58,309 nt of DNA from Verrucomicrobiota bacterium (GCA_049510745.1 JBEKYR010000030.1:1-58309); one strand, 5' to 3'; shown: positions 9,982 to 19,822, numbered from the stretch's first letter. Made by a program: numbers and translations. The notes: generated from the letters alone by a model not told the origin.

Positions 9982-10815
9982 CTACACTTTGTTGGCGTCC
10001 ATCCAAACGTTGAGTTCAGCCAGTTGTTGTCGTAGAGGCGGGCGCTCCCAATCTGGCTGGAGTGTCCGATCGACGGCTTGCGGCGGGGCCGCGGGTTCAA
10101 TAGTTACGTTCTGCGACCAAATTTCCTTAAATAGCAGAAGCAACTCGTGCTTGGACACAGGCTCACTAACGCCCAATTGCACCAGACCATGGTTGCGTGG
10201 TGCGTGACCTTGAATAACCTCCCATGCAGCCTTGGCCCATTCGAGTGTGGTGATGCCGTTCCAAAAATGATTGGTGTAACCATGAATCATACCGTGCTGC
10301 TGCAAAAACCAGCCGAGGAGACCAATCCCGCTGCCGAGTTCGGGCCCAATGATTGATACGCGCATTACCAGTGCTCGTGGGTGAAGCACAACTTGTTCGC
10401 CCAACGCCTTCGAGAGGCCATAAACATCTTCGGCGTCCTTAAAGTCGTTTGCCGCATACCAGCCGCGGCCGCCGGAGAACACGCAGTCTGTGCTGGCGTG
10501 AATGAGGCGTTGGTTTGGGCCGAGTTCCTGCATCAGGTGGATCGGCAGAATGGAATTGAGCAGGAACAAATGCCCCTCGTTGGAGGACTTCTGCTTGATT
10601 AAGCCGATGGCATTGATCACCCACCCGCAGCCTGATTCACGCACAGCCGTTAATAGTGGGTCTTGGGGCAAACCCGCGTACCGAAAAGGACAAGTCATCA
10701 CCTCACAGCCTTGGGCTTGCAGGAACCTCGTGACCATGTGACCAAGCATTCCTCGATGTCCTAAGACAAAAACGCGCTTGCTGTCCATGTCCATAATTTC
10801 AGATGATTTCGGCAC
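9982..10815 (-). CDS. RmlD-like NAD(P)-dependent 4-keto sugar reductase (QnlA/WbvR-type)
   Basis: VLGHRGMLG, INAIGLIKQ, HASTDCVFSG, the YGLSK YxxxK motif and RVSIIGPE. No C-terminal cupin domain. Alternative ATG at 10794. Confidence 0.85.
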   Translation of the reverse strand: MPKSSEIMDMDSKRVFVLGHRGMLGHMVTRFLQAQGCEVMTCPFRYAGLPQDPLLTAVRESGCGWVINAIGLIKQKSSNEGHLFLLNSILPIHLMQELGPNQRLIHASTDCVFSGGRGWYAANDFKDAEDVYGLSKALGEQVVLHPRALVMRVSIIGPELGSGIGLLGWFLQQHGMIHGYTNHFWNGITTLEWAKAAWEVIQGHAPRNHGLVQLGVSEPVSKHELLLLFKEIWSQNVTIEPAAPPQAVDRTLQPDWERPPLRQQLAELNVWMDANKV

Positions 10816-10822
10816 GATGCCA

Positions 10823-11863
10823 TCAAACTGCTGGCATTGAACATGTGTTGGGGTCGCCTTTCAATTCCTGCTGGATGAAATCCAGCTTCAAGAGGAGGGT
10901 GCTTAATTCATCGTCACTGAGTTGGTGCGTATTGGAAGAAGTATAATCCTCTGAGCGAGCAATCTTCTTTTGGCCTTTCTCGAAGTAAATAGCGTAGTTC
11001 AGGTCGCGGTCATCAGGATCAATGCGGTAGTAATTTCCGAGATCCTCCGCACGGACCATTTCCTCGCGGTTAAGCAAGCTCTCATGCTTCTTTTCTCCAT
11101 GGCGGGTGCCAATAACGTGGACATCCGTGTCTGAATTAAAAAGCGTTTTGAGAACGCTGGCTAACTGGCCGATTGTGGCGGCTGGGGCTTTCTGGACGAA
11201 CGTGTCGCCGGCGCGCCCATGCTTGTAGGCGAAGAGCACCAGATCCACGGCGTCATCCAGGGACATCATGAAGCGAGTCATATCCGGATCAGTGAGGGTG
11301 ATGGGCTTGCGGGCCTTGATCTGACTGACGAAAAGCGGGATTACCGACCCGCGTGAAGCCATGACATTACCGTAGCGTGTGACGCAGATGGTGGTTTCGC
11401 CCAGGTCGCGATTGCGCGATTTGGCCACGGCGACTTTTTCCATGAGCGCCTTGGACATGCCCATGGCGTTTATAGGATAGACAGCCTTATCGGTACTGAG
11501 AATGATGACATTCTTCACGCCGCAGGCGATGGCGGCATTGAGGGTGTTCTCCGTTCCCATGATGTTAGTGGCCACGGCCTCCAAAGGGTAAAATTCGCAG
11601 GACGGCACCTGCTTGAGGGCGGCGGCATTGAAGACGTAATCCACGCCGTGCATCGCGCCGTGGATGCTATTGAAATTACGCACGTCACCAATGTAAAACT
11701 TAAGCTTCGGGTTGCGGATCTCATTCCGCATATCGTCCTGCTTCTTCTCATCGCGGCTGAAGATGCGAATTTCTCGGATATCAGTGTGAAGAAATCGGCG
11801 CACGACAGCGTTGCCAAAGGAGCCAGTCCCGCCAGTGATTAGGATTATTTTATCTTTGAACAT
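10823..11863 (-). CDS. fnlA: UDP-GlcNAc 4,6-dehydratase/epimerase (FnlA/CapE/WbjB)
   Basis: LITGGTGSFG, FSRDEKKQDDMR, AAALKQVPSCEFYP, STDKAVYPINAMGMSKA, RYGNVMASRGSVIP and GTRHGEK. Confidence 0.95.
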   Translation of the reverse strand: MFKDKIILITGGTGSFGNAVVRRFLHTDIREIRIFSRDEKKQDDMRNEIRNPKLKFYIGDVRNFNSIHGAMHGVDYVFNAAALKQVPSCEFYPLEAVATNIMGTENTLNAAIACGVKNVIILSTDKAVYPINAMGMSKALMEKVAVAKSRNRDLGETTICVTRYGNVMASRGSVIPLFVSQIKARKPITLTDPDMTRFMMSLDDAVDLVLFAYKHGRAGDTFVQKAPAATIGQLASVLKTLFNSDTDVHVIGTRHGEKKHESLLNREEMVRAEDLGNYYRIDPDDRDLNYAIYFEKGQKKIARSEDYTSSNTHQLSDDELSTLLLKLDFIQQELKGDPNTCSMPAV

Positions 11864-12027
11864 AGTTAATGCATGACTTTACGGTTGTTTACGATAGCCA
11901 GCAAGTTTAGAAAATCCTCATTTTCAGATATAAACGGACGCCAAATAAATGCCGCCGTTCCATCGCCGGGATAACCCGAACCCTAATAAAACGTCTCATT
12001 TGTTCGGATTGCACGGCAAGAAAATTA

Positions 12028-12645
12028 TCACGCCATCGTTGAATATTTGGCCACGAACTCGTCCATGCATGGAGACATTAACAGTGGCATGGCTTCTCGA
12101 ATTTTATTAACCGGCCAATTCCACCAACCGATTTGCTCTAATGCTGCGACCTGCTCCGGCGTGAACCTTTGTTTTACAACTCGAGCAGGATTTCCAACTG
12201 CGACTGAGTATGCCGGAACATTCCGTGTGACCGTACTGTCGGCACCAATGATCGCACCATTTCCAATGCATACGCCACTAAGGATCGTCACGTTGTTACC
12301 AATCCAAACATCATTTCCAATGACGACATCGCCTTTGGTAGATAGAAGTGTCCTATTCCTATGCTCCGGCTTGCCTAAGAATTGTTGAAAAGGGTAGGTT
12401 GCCACCCAATTTGCATGATGCTCACCGTTATCAAGAAAAATTGTAACGCCTCCAGCAATTGAACAAAAGCGACCTATTTTCAATTTCGATCCAGACCGCC
12501 AATCCAAAACCTTTACATATCCGTAGGTCCATTCTCCAATCTGATATTTCGCAAGCCAAGGGTTATCGCGGCTAAAACGCGAACGTAATCGTGGAGGTGT
12601 GAGTATGAATAGAAGTTTTTTGAATTTGATTGCGCAACGATTCAT
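12028..12645 (-). CDS. CatB/Vat-related hexapeptide-repeat O-acetyltransferase
   Basis: [52 protein letters not shown] and IGWWNWP. Confidence 0.92.
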   Translation of the reverse strand: MNRCAIKFKKLLFILTPPRLRSRFSRDNPWLAKYQIGEWTYGYVKVLDWRSGSKLKIGRFCSIAGGVTIFLDNGEHHANWVATYPFQQFLGKPEHRNRTLLSTKGDVVIGNDVWIGNNVTILSGVCIGNGAIIGADSTVTRNVPAYSVAVGNPARVVKQRFTPEQVAALEQIGWWNWPVNKIREAMPLLMSPCMDEFVAKYSTMA

Positions 12646-12809
12646 AAAAGAATGTTTGTTCTTTCCCTGTTTTAGACGTTAAATCGACGCCCGTTTCAGT
12701 GATCTTTAGATATTTCACGAGCCGCTTCGGATTGTCTGACAAACGTATAATCATACAACGACCGAAGTGGAATCGGCAAAAACTTGTTTATTTTACTCCT
12801 CGATATGCG

Positions 12810-14348
12810 TCAGCCCGCCCATTTTGGTTTTACTAGATCGCGTATATCAGGCACCAGCAGGTAGGCAGCAACCGCATACAAGAGCAGGGAACAGAATCCG
12901 ACTATGGCTGTTCGCGGCAACACACCAACCGGAGCCAGCAACCGGTTCAAATAGCCACCCAGGGCAAGAATTGGAATAGCCATTCCCACCGGTATGGCTA
13001 TAACACCGGCCAATTTACGCCATGCGCAAGACAACGAATTGAGAGCGAACCGACCGGCAATGAGATTTGAAATCAGACCGGCAATCCCCACGGCATAAGC
13101 CACGGCTTTTTGTTCGCCCAACATGGCACCCACCACGGTTGCCAAAATTGTTAAAAGTGCGGAGATGCCGGTAATCTGGCATAATCGCCCATACTCGCCG
13201 CGCGCCAGGAGCAATGACATGGCCAGAATCGAGATGGCTTGCGTCATCAACCCGAAACTCAAGCCCTGCACCACACCTGCCGCCGGCAGCCAGCGTTCAT
13301 GAAAAACCAACCGGATGACCGGTTCGGCCAAAAGAATCTGTAAGACACATACTGGCACCGTAACCACCAGCAAAACCACGCAAGCCTTGCGAAAAGCCTC
13401 GTATTGCCGGATCGGCTCCAGGTTTAATTTTGCCAGCGTCGAGAACAATACATCCTTCAAATTGGCGGCCAGCAGAAAAACCGCCTGGGAAGCCATTGAA
13501 AAGCCCCAGAAATAAAAGCCGGCCACCGTGGAATTATGCAAAATCCCGATGACAAAGTTGGCGCCATAAGAAAGGATTGCAACCAAAAGAGAATAGCACA
13601 TGAGCAGGGCGGCGGGCTTGAGCAACGCGGGCCATTCCGAAGGTTTGGGACGGGGTATTTGTATCCGGCCAACCGCAATCCGATGCGCCACCAAAGCGTA
13701 GAAGCTTGAGATGGTCACTGGCACCACAAGTGAATAAGGACCAAAATGCAGGGCTGCCAGCAACACGGCCCCCAGGCCGTTAATCATTCCGATGCCAAAC
13801 TGGATGATGGCGACCGTTCGGAATCGCAAATCGCGGCTCAATGCCGCAGCGTAGATGGCTGGCGCTGAACCGAGAAAATTGGAAATGGCCACCACCAGGA
13901 TCAGTGGCACCACCCGGTGATCTTTGAACATTATTCCGGCCACCGGGGCGGCCACTGCCAGCAACACCGTTCCCGTCAAACCCATTACCAGTGACAACCA
14001 GAAGACCTGCCCGACATCCTGCTCAAAGCGATCCTGACGCTGAACAAGAACGACTTTCAAATTCATTCCCGAAATGAGCGCGGCCATGCTGGTGATGGAA
14101 AACGCCATGCCCACTAAACCGAAATCTGCCGGCAGAAGAAACCATGCCAATGCGATCTGGCTCCCAAACGCCACCACTTTGTTCAGCATGGAGAACAGGA
14201 TGGTCCAGAAAGCGCCATGCGCGGTGCGCGCCCCCAAGGCCGCAGACTTTATTGGAAGCGGGTTGTCCTGCTCAGTCTTAAGGGGATTTGATTCTACTGT
14301 TGAATTCACAAAATCAGAAATCACAAAGGACTGCTGACAAAAGACCAT
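12810..14348 (-). CDS. wzx: Oligosaccharide flippase Wzx (PST family)
   Basis: ARTAHGAFWT...LAWFLLPADFGLVG followed by about 12-14 transmembrane segments. The true start may be somewhat downstream, because the N-terminus overlaps a repeat. Confidence 0.9.
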   Translation of the reverse strand: MVFCQQSFVISDFVNSTVESNPLKTEQDNPLPIKSAALGARTAHGAFWTILFSMLNKVVAFGSQIALAWFLLPADFGLVGMAFSITSMAALISGMNLKVVLVQRQDRFEQDVGQVFWLSLVMGLTGTVLLAVAAPVAGIMFKDHRVVPLILVVAISNFLGSAPAIYAAALSRDLRFRTVAIIQFGIGMINGLGAVLLAALHFGPYSLVVPVTISSFYALVAHRIAVGRIQIPRPKPSEWPALLKPAALLMCYSLLVAILSYGANFVIGILHNSTVAGFYFWGFSMASQAVFLLAANLKDVLFSTLAKLNLEPIRQYEAFRKACVVLLVVTVPVCVLQILLAEPVIRLVFHERWLPAAGVVQGLSFGLMTQAISILAMSLLLARGEYGRLCQITGISALLTILATVVGAMLGEQKAVAYAVGIAGLISNLIAGRFALNSLSCAWRKLAGVIAIPVGMAIPILALGGYLNRLLAPVGVLPRTAIVGFCSLLLYAVAAYLLVPDIRDLVKPKWAG

Positions 14349-14359
14349 GGGACATTTTA

Positions 14360-14707
14360 AAATGCTGAAAACTGAAAAGCTGAAAGCTCTAAATCAAAAG
14401 CTGAAACACTGACCAGTTTTCCAAATTTCTGTTTTCTGCTTTCCCCATCTCTCCCTCCCATTTCTGCTTTCCCAATTTCAGCTTTCAGCTTTTGGCCAAA
14501 TGCTTTCTCAATTTCTACGTTTTACTTTTTAAATTGGGGGACGCTCCGCACTTGGCCGTTCGCGGAGTTGTTTCGCAAACGGCTCTGGCAACGGTCCCGT
14601 CAGCAACCATACCAAAAAAAGCCACCAGCAAAAATCAGAAAACAGAAATTAGGAAAACAGAAATGAATTTCAGCATTTCAGTTTTTACATTTCAGCTTTC
14701 AGTTTTT
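14360..14707. repeat. Intergenic low-complexity inverted arrays of 7-8-mers (GCTGAAA/ACAGAAA vs TTTCAGC/TTTCTG)
   Basis: Two blocks (about 14360-14495 and 14630-14707). In each, A-rich units such as ctgaaa/cagaaa are followed by their reverse complements tttcag/tttctg. Confidence 0.75.
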
Positions 14708-14717
14708 AAGACCGCCT

Positions 14718-17078
14718 TCACGCGGCCGGAGTTTTGGCGTAGTATTCCTTGTATTTGTAGTAATAGTAATCGCCGCCGTGGCTTCTCACGTCGTTGAAGA
14801 CAATCCCCATGACGTTGGCCTTCCGCAAGTATAACAAATCCAACGCGGCGCGCGCCACGCGCCCGGAGGTGAAATTGGCCCGAATGACCATCAGGACGCC
14901 ATCGACATAGGGCGCAAGGTTGGAAACGTCATCCGCCGCCATAATCGGCGGGCTATCCAGGAGGATAAAGTCGTATTTGCCGCCAGCCTCCTTCAGAAAC
15001 TGTTGCTTGATGGACTTCACGAACAGTTCGCCTGGATGGCGCGGAGCGGTTCCGCGCGGGAGAATATAAAGATTGGGAACAGAATTCTGGGTGACGACGC
15101 CGGGCCAGGCCTGCTGTTCGCCCAAGACTTCTGCCAGCCCTGGGGCGGCCGGCAAATCAAATTGCTTGTGCATTCTGCCCCGGCGCAAATCCGCATCAAC
15201 CAGCAACACCCGCGCGCCCGACCGCGCCAGCATGACAGCCAGATTGGCCGCGGTCATTGATTTCCCGTCCCCCGGAACCGCGCTGGTGACCAGGATGGTC
15301 CGCGGCCGTTTTTCGTTGGACGCCTCGAACATGATGGAGGAACGAAGATTCCGATAGGCCTCGGCCAAGGCGTGCCGGTCATCATCTTCCGTCAGGATAG
15401 GAACGCTTACCTTTTTGTCCTTGACCCGGACATGTGGGATTTGCCCCAAAACCGTTTCGTCAAACAAGTCCTGCAGCTCGGAAAAAGAATGCGGCCGGTC
15501 ATCCAGACGATCCAGGAATAGGAGCACGCCGGCGGCCAGGGCCAGGCCCAGCATCGCCGCGATGGCCCCACGCTGGACGACCGGAGGAGCAGCCAAAACC
15601 GCGGGCGTTGCCGGTTCCAGGATGGAAACGCTTTCCGGGCTGATTTGGCTCGTCAGATCAACGGTGCTTTGCGTAGCAAAAAGAGAATCGGATATGTTTT
15701 GCAGCCGGACGATTTTGTCTTTAATCGCCTGGTAATCGGCCATCTTCTTGCTGATATCGACCGTCTTCACTTCCCAGATTTTGATGTCTTTTTCCAGGTT
15801 ATCAATTTGAACTTCCAAGGTGTGTTGCCGATCTTTTAATTGATCCTTGGTTTGGCCGCGGAAAATATCGAGGAGTTGTTCCATTCGATCAATGTCCTCG
15901 TTCAAGGCGATGATTTTGGGATGCTTTGGGCGCAAGAACTTGCCAAGGTCGTCCCGTTGCGCCTTCATCAGCAAAATCATCTGTTTGGCTTTCAAATAGT
16001 CTTCTTCCGAGCCGACCAACGCCGAGTTTTGGTCGGGCACCTGGTTGTTATTCATCGTGGGCGACGCCGTTTGAACCGGTCGTGGGTTAGAGGATCCCAT
16101 TTGTAAAGGCGTTGTGGTGCTGCCCATGCCGGACTGGCCGGGCATGGTGCTACCGATTCCACTCTGTCCGGGCATCGCCCCGCCTGAAGACGCGGTAACA
16201 CTCCTCATTCCGAATTGCCCCGGTTGGGACAGGCCAACCGATGTTTGAGCCAATGGGGAAGAAGTGAGCCCGCTTGCCCCTTGGCTCTGCTGAACGGCGC
16301 CTTGGGTTGTCATGTTTTGCTGTCCAAAGGACTGCTGCAATCCGATAAGCCTCTCAACATTCTCATCCAGTGTGAGCGTCTTGAGCAATTGCAATTCAGA
16401 CTTAAGATCGGCGATCTGCCGTGTTAGATTGGCCAGATAATCGCCAGCGCTGTTTCCCTGGTCCTGGAGATAAACCTCCTTATTCCCGGCGCCATAAGCA
16501 ATTAGCTCCTGCTTGGCTGCTCGGAGATCGCCTCCCAATTGCGCCAATACCTGTTGCAAACCAGTCTTGGTCATGTCCGAGGCGTCGCGCAGCATCTCCT
16601 TCTTAATGGCAATATACTCTTCCATGACCGTCTGCAAGAAGGCAGTGGCATATTCTGGATCTCCACTGACCGCGCGAAGGTTAAAGATGCTTGTCTTGGG
16701 TGAAACCGTCACTTGGAGATCAACCGGAGCCGAACGCAACGCCGGTTTTTCCGTTTTGAGACGGACGAGCACCCGGTTGGAAACGACATCACTTTGCATC
16801 AAGGCGACTTGCGTGCCGAGAAAATTGTTCAATTCCTCCGAGAAGGCTGACGCATTGGGAAGCGACATTTTGGAGCCGACAATCATGCGTCCAATGGAAG
16901 AATATGAGGGTGGCGCGTGGCGCAACCGGTATAATTCGAGGCCGGCGGCGACACAAATTCCCAGCAGCAGAATCCACCAGCGGGCGCGCAGAATGTTAAT
17001 AAACCGGTGGAGCCGATTGAAAAACTGCGTCGCAACTGTTGCGCGATTTGGATTTGCAGGCAGAGCTTCGGTTTCCAT
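14718..17078 (-). CDS. wzc: Polysaccharide co-polymerase / tyrosine autokinase Wzc
   Basis: Two transmembrane helices flank a coiled-coil periplasmic region. Also AEAYRNLRSS, Walker A TSAVPGDGKS, VLLVDADLRR, ILLDSPP and the C-terminal Tyr cluster DYYYYKYKEYY. Confidence 0.95.
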   Translation of the reverse strand: METEALPANPNRATVATQFFNRLHRFINILRARWWILLLGICVAAGLELYRLRHAPPSYSSIGRMIVGSKMSLPNASAFSEELNNFLGTQVALMQSDVVSNRVLVRLKTEKPALRSAPVDLQVTVSPKTSIFNLRAVSGDPEYATAFLQTVMEEYIAIKKEMLRDASDMTKTGLQQVLAQLGGDLRAAKQELIAYGAGNKEVYLQDQGNSAGDYLANLTRQIADLKSELQLLKTLTLDENVERLIGLQQSFGQQNMTTQGAVQQSQGASGLTSSPLAQTSVGLSQPGQFGMRSVTASSGGAMPGQSGIGSTMPGQSGMGSTTTPLQMGSSNPRPVQTASPTMNNNQVPDQNSALVGSEEDYLKAKQMILLMKAQRDDLGKFLRPKHPKIIALNEDIDRMEQLLDIFRGQTKDQLKDRQHTLEVQIDNLEKDIKIWEVKTVDISKKMADYQAIKDKIVRLQNISDSLFATQSTVDLTSQISPESVSILEPATPAVLAAPPVVQRGAIAAMLGLALAAGVLLFLDRLDDRPHSFSELQDLFDETVLGQIPHVRVKDKKVSVPILTEDDDRHALAEAYRNLRSSIMFEASNEKRPRTILVTSAVPGDGKSMTAANLAVMLARSGARVLLVDADLRRGRMHKQFDLPAAPGLAEVLGEQQAWPGVVTQNSVPNLYILPRGTAPRHPGELFVKSIKQQFLKEAGGKYDFILLDSPPIMAADDVSNLAPYVDGVLMVIRANFTSGRVARAALDLLYLRKANVMGIVFNDVRSHGGDYYYYKYKEYYAKTPAA

Positions 17079-17084
17079 GAAGAT

Positions 17085-17930
17085 TTAAAAGTTAACGGCG
17101 CGGGCTGCGACGATGATGAAATCGTCCGGTTCCAGCACAATATCCTGGTCCGTTTTGTTGTTCTCGAGGACATCGACCATATTGACCTCGAACGATTGTG
17201 TGGCGCCCGCTCCGCCGCTTGAGCCTCGAATGATTTTGACCTTCTTCTTGTTGGCGAAGTCGCCAAAACCGCCTGCCATTAGGATTGCCTTGCCAGCCGT
17301 CAGTTTTTGGTCGAACAAAAGATCCACCGCGCCCTGGTTGCGGACCTGGCCCCAGACATAGACTTTCCCCCTAATTTTATTCACGAGATCCAATCCAATA
17401 ATGACTGTGGCTTGGTAATAGTATTCCTTTTCCAGCAATCCCTTCAATGTTTTGGCCAATTGTTTGCAGGTCTTGTCCGCCACGGAGATACGTCCGATAT
17501 ACGGGGCGTCCAATTCCCTCGAATCCGTCACGACCATTTGAATTGCCGGGTCGTGGTCCTCGATGATTTGAAAGCTGATAATATCGCCTGGCTCCAAAAC
17601 GTGCTTGTCATCCAGCACATAGGCGCTGGTGGCGTTCAGAATAGCCGTGGCAACCGAGTTTGTGCCGGGCGCGGCAAGAACCGATGGCGCGGAATTCGAT
17701 CCAACCTGAGCGGACGACACCGCAGCCCAAGCGCAGGCGAGGGCAACCAGGGCCAACCGTTGAATTCCGATTCCTCGACGGACGGTTTGGGGAGCGCGAC
17801 CGTCCCGGTCGCTGTGGGGCGCGTCTCGCGCCACATGCTGTGGCGAATCTTCCTGCCAAGATGTGTTTGGCGGGACGCCAAACACGGCGTGCGAGACGCA
17901 CGCGCTCCCCGGAATGTCGTTAGAAATCAT
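17085..17930 (-). CDS. Polysaccharide biosynthesis/export protein (Wza/OPX-like, Poly_export + SLBB)
   Basis: VLEPGDIISF, APYIGRISVADKT, VYVWGQVRNQG, AILMAGGFGDFA and DIVLEPDDFIIV. A signal-peptide-like segment follows an N-terminal repeat-derived stretch. Confidence 0.9.
   Translation of the reverse strand: MISNDIPGSACVSHAVFGVPPNTSWQEDSPQHVARDAPHSDRDGRAPQTVRRGIGIQRLALVALACAWAAVSSAQVGSNSAPSVLAAPGTNSVATAILNATSAYVLDDKHVLEPGDIISFQIIEDHDPAIQMVVTDSRELDAPYIGRISVADKTCKQLAKTLKGLLEKEYYYQATVIIGLDLVNKIRGKVYVWGQVRNQGAVDLLFDQKLTAGKAILMAGGFGDFANKKKVKIIRGSSGGAGATQSFEVNMVDVLENNKTDQDIVLEPDDFIIVAARAVNF
17789..17910. repeat. 122-bp palindromic REP/MITE-like element at the 5' end of the wza-like gene
   Basis: Perfect 10-bp terminal inverted repeats GGGGAGCGCG (17789-17798) and CGCGCTCCCC (17901-17910), with internal hairpins (gcgaccgtcccggtcgc; gcgtgcgagacgcacgc). 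Confidence 0.8.
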
Positions 17931-19230
17931 AGGTGAAATCGAGCAAGAGCCGGTTTTGTGAATAGCTCAAAGTTGAGACGTCAGACTCCTTCTGTAAAAA
18001 AGTGTATGTAACCGCGCTGGCCAGCTTGTCGGTAATTTGGTAGCCGAATCCGACGGTTGGGCCGTAGCGATCATAGGTTTCCACCACACCTCCCGTCGTA
18101 TTCCCGTGATCGTACTCAAAGCCAAACGTGGTGAACACCTTTTGAAAAACGTGCCAAGTGGCCTGATACCGCGCGTAATAAATGTCGGAGAGATTTGCGG
18201 TTATGCCCAGTTGGATTCGCCGGCCTGCCGAAAGAGAATGGGAGAACCAATCGTTGACAATGTGGTTAAGAAAAAGCGCGGCGTAATAACCATTGAAATC
18301 ACTCACGTTCGCCACAGTTCCATTATGGTCAAACTGATACGAGGCGAACCCCACGGAAACGTTGCCGCTGAGATGCGGCGTGAACTGCGCCTGGTAAAAC
18401 GGCCCAACACTAAAATGCGTGCTGTTATCGAGGACGTTCTGATCGTAGGTGGTTAGGCCGCCCCCGGCTTCAAGGCCCAACTTGCTGGTCGATGAAACGA
18501 GAAAGGCGGCTTTACCGTTGAACAATTCTGAGTTGTTGTCGCTGTACTGATAGTTTCCACTCAGCGAAGTGTATGTGTCGTGGTCGTAACCTGCGGTGAG
18601 CACCAGCTTGTAGAGGTCCCAAGTCGCTCCCAATCCAGCGGTGTTCTCGAACCGAACCAGGCTGGCGCTGACCGACGGATCCTCGACCTGGTAATCCACG
18701 GCCGAAAACCGGTCATGCAGGTTGAAGACGAAATCACCGGAATAGACATTGAACCCCAAGCCCGAATCAGATGTGATATTCAGGTGGCTCAAACCGGGCT
18801 CATGGACGTACTCCACGTAGCCGATGCCTGTGGACAACGCCAAACTATTCCGCTCCGTTACCGGCCAATAAGCCTTCAGATTCAGATTCGGGCGGAAGCC
18901 CAGATCGGCATCCGGATTCGTGTGGGAATAATTCACATTATCGTTCAATTCAATCCCCATTTCTCCCTGAAACCGGAGGTAAACCGGGCCGGCCTGGACG
19001 TTGTAATAGTTGCTGCTGGTCGTGGTCTTTTGCGCCGCAGCCGCTTGCTCGCTGGCAAGGGACATGCGGATGGCTTCCTGGCAATGACCTCTGATCGATA
19101 ACATAACGAATAAGACGCAAAACCGTAGCGCAATTGGACGCTGCGCCGCGTGTGTCCACACTATCAGATTCCGCGCATTTTGGCAAGAATTTAACAGACC
19201 CCTCGCCATATCACGTTTCAACTGCTCCAT
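17920..19230 (-). CDS. Outer membrane beta-barrel protein of EPS export loci (BBP2-like)
   Basis: Alternating amphipathic beta-strands rich in Y/F and a C-terminal aromatic residue (LLLDFTYDF). First gene of the operon, adjacent to the OPX gene. Confidence 0.82.
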   Translation of the reverse strand: MEQLKRDMARGLLNSCQNARNLIVWTHAAQRPIALRFCVLFVMLSIRGHCQEAIRMSLASEQAAAAQKTTTSSNYYNVQAGPVYLRFQGEMGIELNDNVNYSHTNPDADLGFRPNLNLKAYWPVTERNSLALSTGIGYVEYVHEPGLSHLNITSDSGLGFNVYSGDFVFNLHDRFSAVDYQVEDPSVSASLVRFENTAGLGATWDLYKLVLTAGYDHDTYTSLSGNYQYSDNNSELFNGKAAFLVSSTSKLGLEAGGGLTTYDQNVLDNSTHFSVGPFYQAQFTPHLSGNVSVGFASYQFDHNGTVANVSDFNGYYAALFLNHIVNDWFSHSLSAGRRIQLGITANLSDIYYARYQATWHVFQKVFTTFGFEYDHGNTTGGVVETYDRYGPTVGFGYQITDKLASAVTYTFLQKESDVSTLSYSQNRLLLDFTYDF

Positions 19231-19269
19231 AGTTTGGTGCTGTGTCCACAGTTTAGTCGGTTGATTTCA

Positions 19270-19285
19270 AGCAAGTATTAAGCCA
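19270..19285 (-). promoter_or_regulatory. Sigma-54 (-24/-12) promoter of the EPS operon
   Basis: Minus strand reads TGGCTTAATACTTGCT (GG-N10-GC with TTGCT), about 40 nt upstream of ATG 19230. Confidence 0.7.
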
Positions 19286-19694
19286 AGAAAACGCCATCCA
19301 TGCGCAATGGTGCTAACATGTTGTGGATAAGGCTCTTCCAACCATTTAATCGGTTTCAATTCAAAGCGCGTGAATGAGGCGAAACCGCCGCAGGCTTCAG
19401 AAAGCGGCCTCCGCGCAACAGGCAGGGCCTATCAGACATTCTTGTAACCCGTTCTAAGAGAACTTTCTATGAAAATGTGATGGAAAACCTTGCAAAGCTT
19501 TACAGTTTTTCGCTTATGGCGTAACCCCTTGAACCAAAGTCGCATCCGGTGTTTTCTTGACGCGGTTGAGGATAAGAGCGTCGGAATTGTTTACACTTAG
19601 GGCTTCCGAAGGCTCGCATAATGGCGGGGCGTTTTCAGTTGTAATCCGCTTTGCCCGTTTATCTTACAAATCGCGCGGTCGAAATTTGGCCAAG

Positions 19695-19710
19695 TGGCAT
19701 CTGGCCTGCT
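19695..19710 (+). promoter_or_regulatory. Sigma-54 (-24/-12) promoter upstream of the wecA-like gene
   Basis: TGGCATCTGGCCTGCT (GG-N10-GC). Confidence 0.62.
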
Positions 19711-19822
19711 AAAGGTTTATGGCGATCGCTTCGACTGAACTGATGGCGGCAGGCAGATTGTGGCGGCACCTGTTTCAAAAAACCGATAAGCAGACTGAGT
19801 GTGGAGATGCCCAAGTGCGACG

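Noticed and set aside
12028..12645. Chloramphenicol/streptogramin resistance gene
   Set aside because: The fold is shared, but its position inside a polysaccharide operon favours a sugar O-acetyltransferase.
12572..12754. 60-aa ORF between wzx and the acetyltransferase
   Set aside because: It overlaps the acetyltransferase start and has no recognisable motif.
19740..19770. GGCGGCAG as an ops/JUMPstart element
   Set aside because: Imperfect match, on the strand opposite the long EPS operon, and such 8-mers are common at this GC content.
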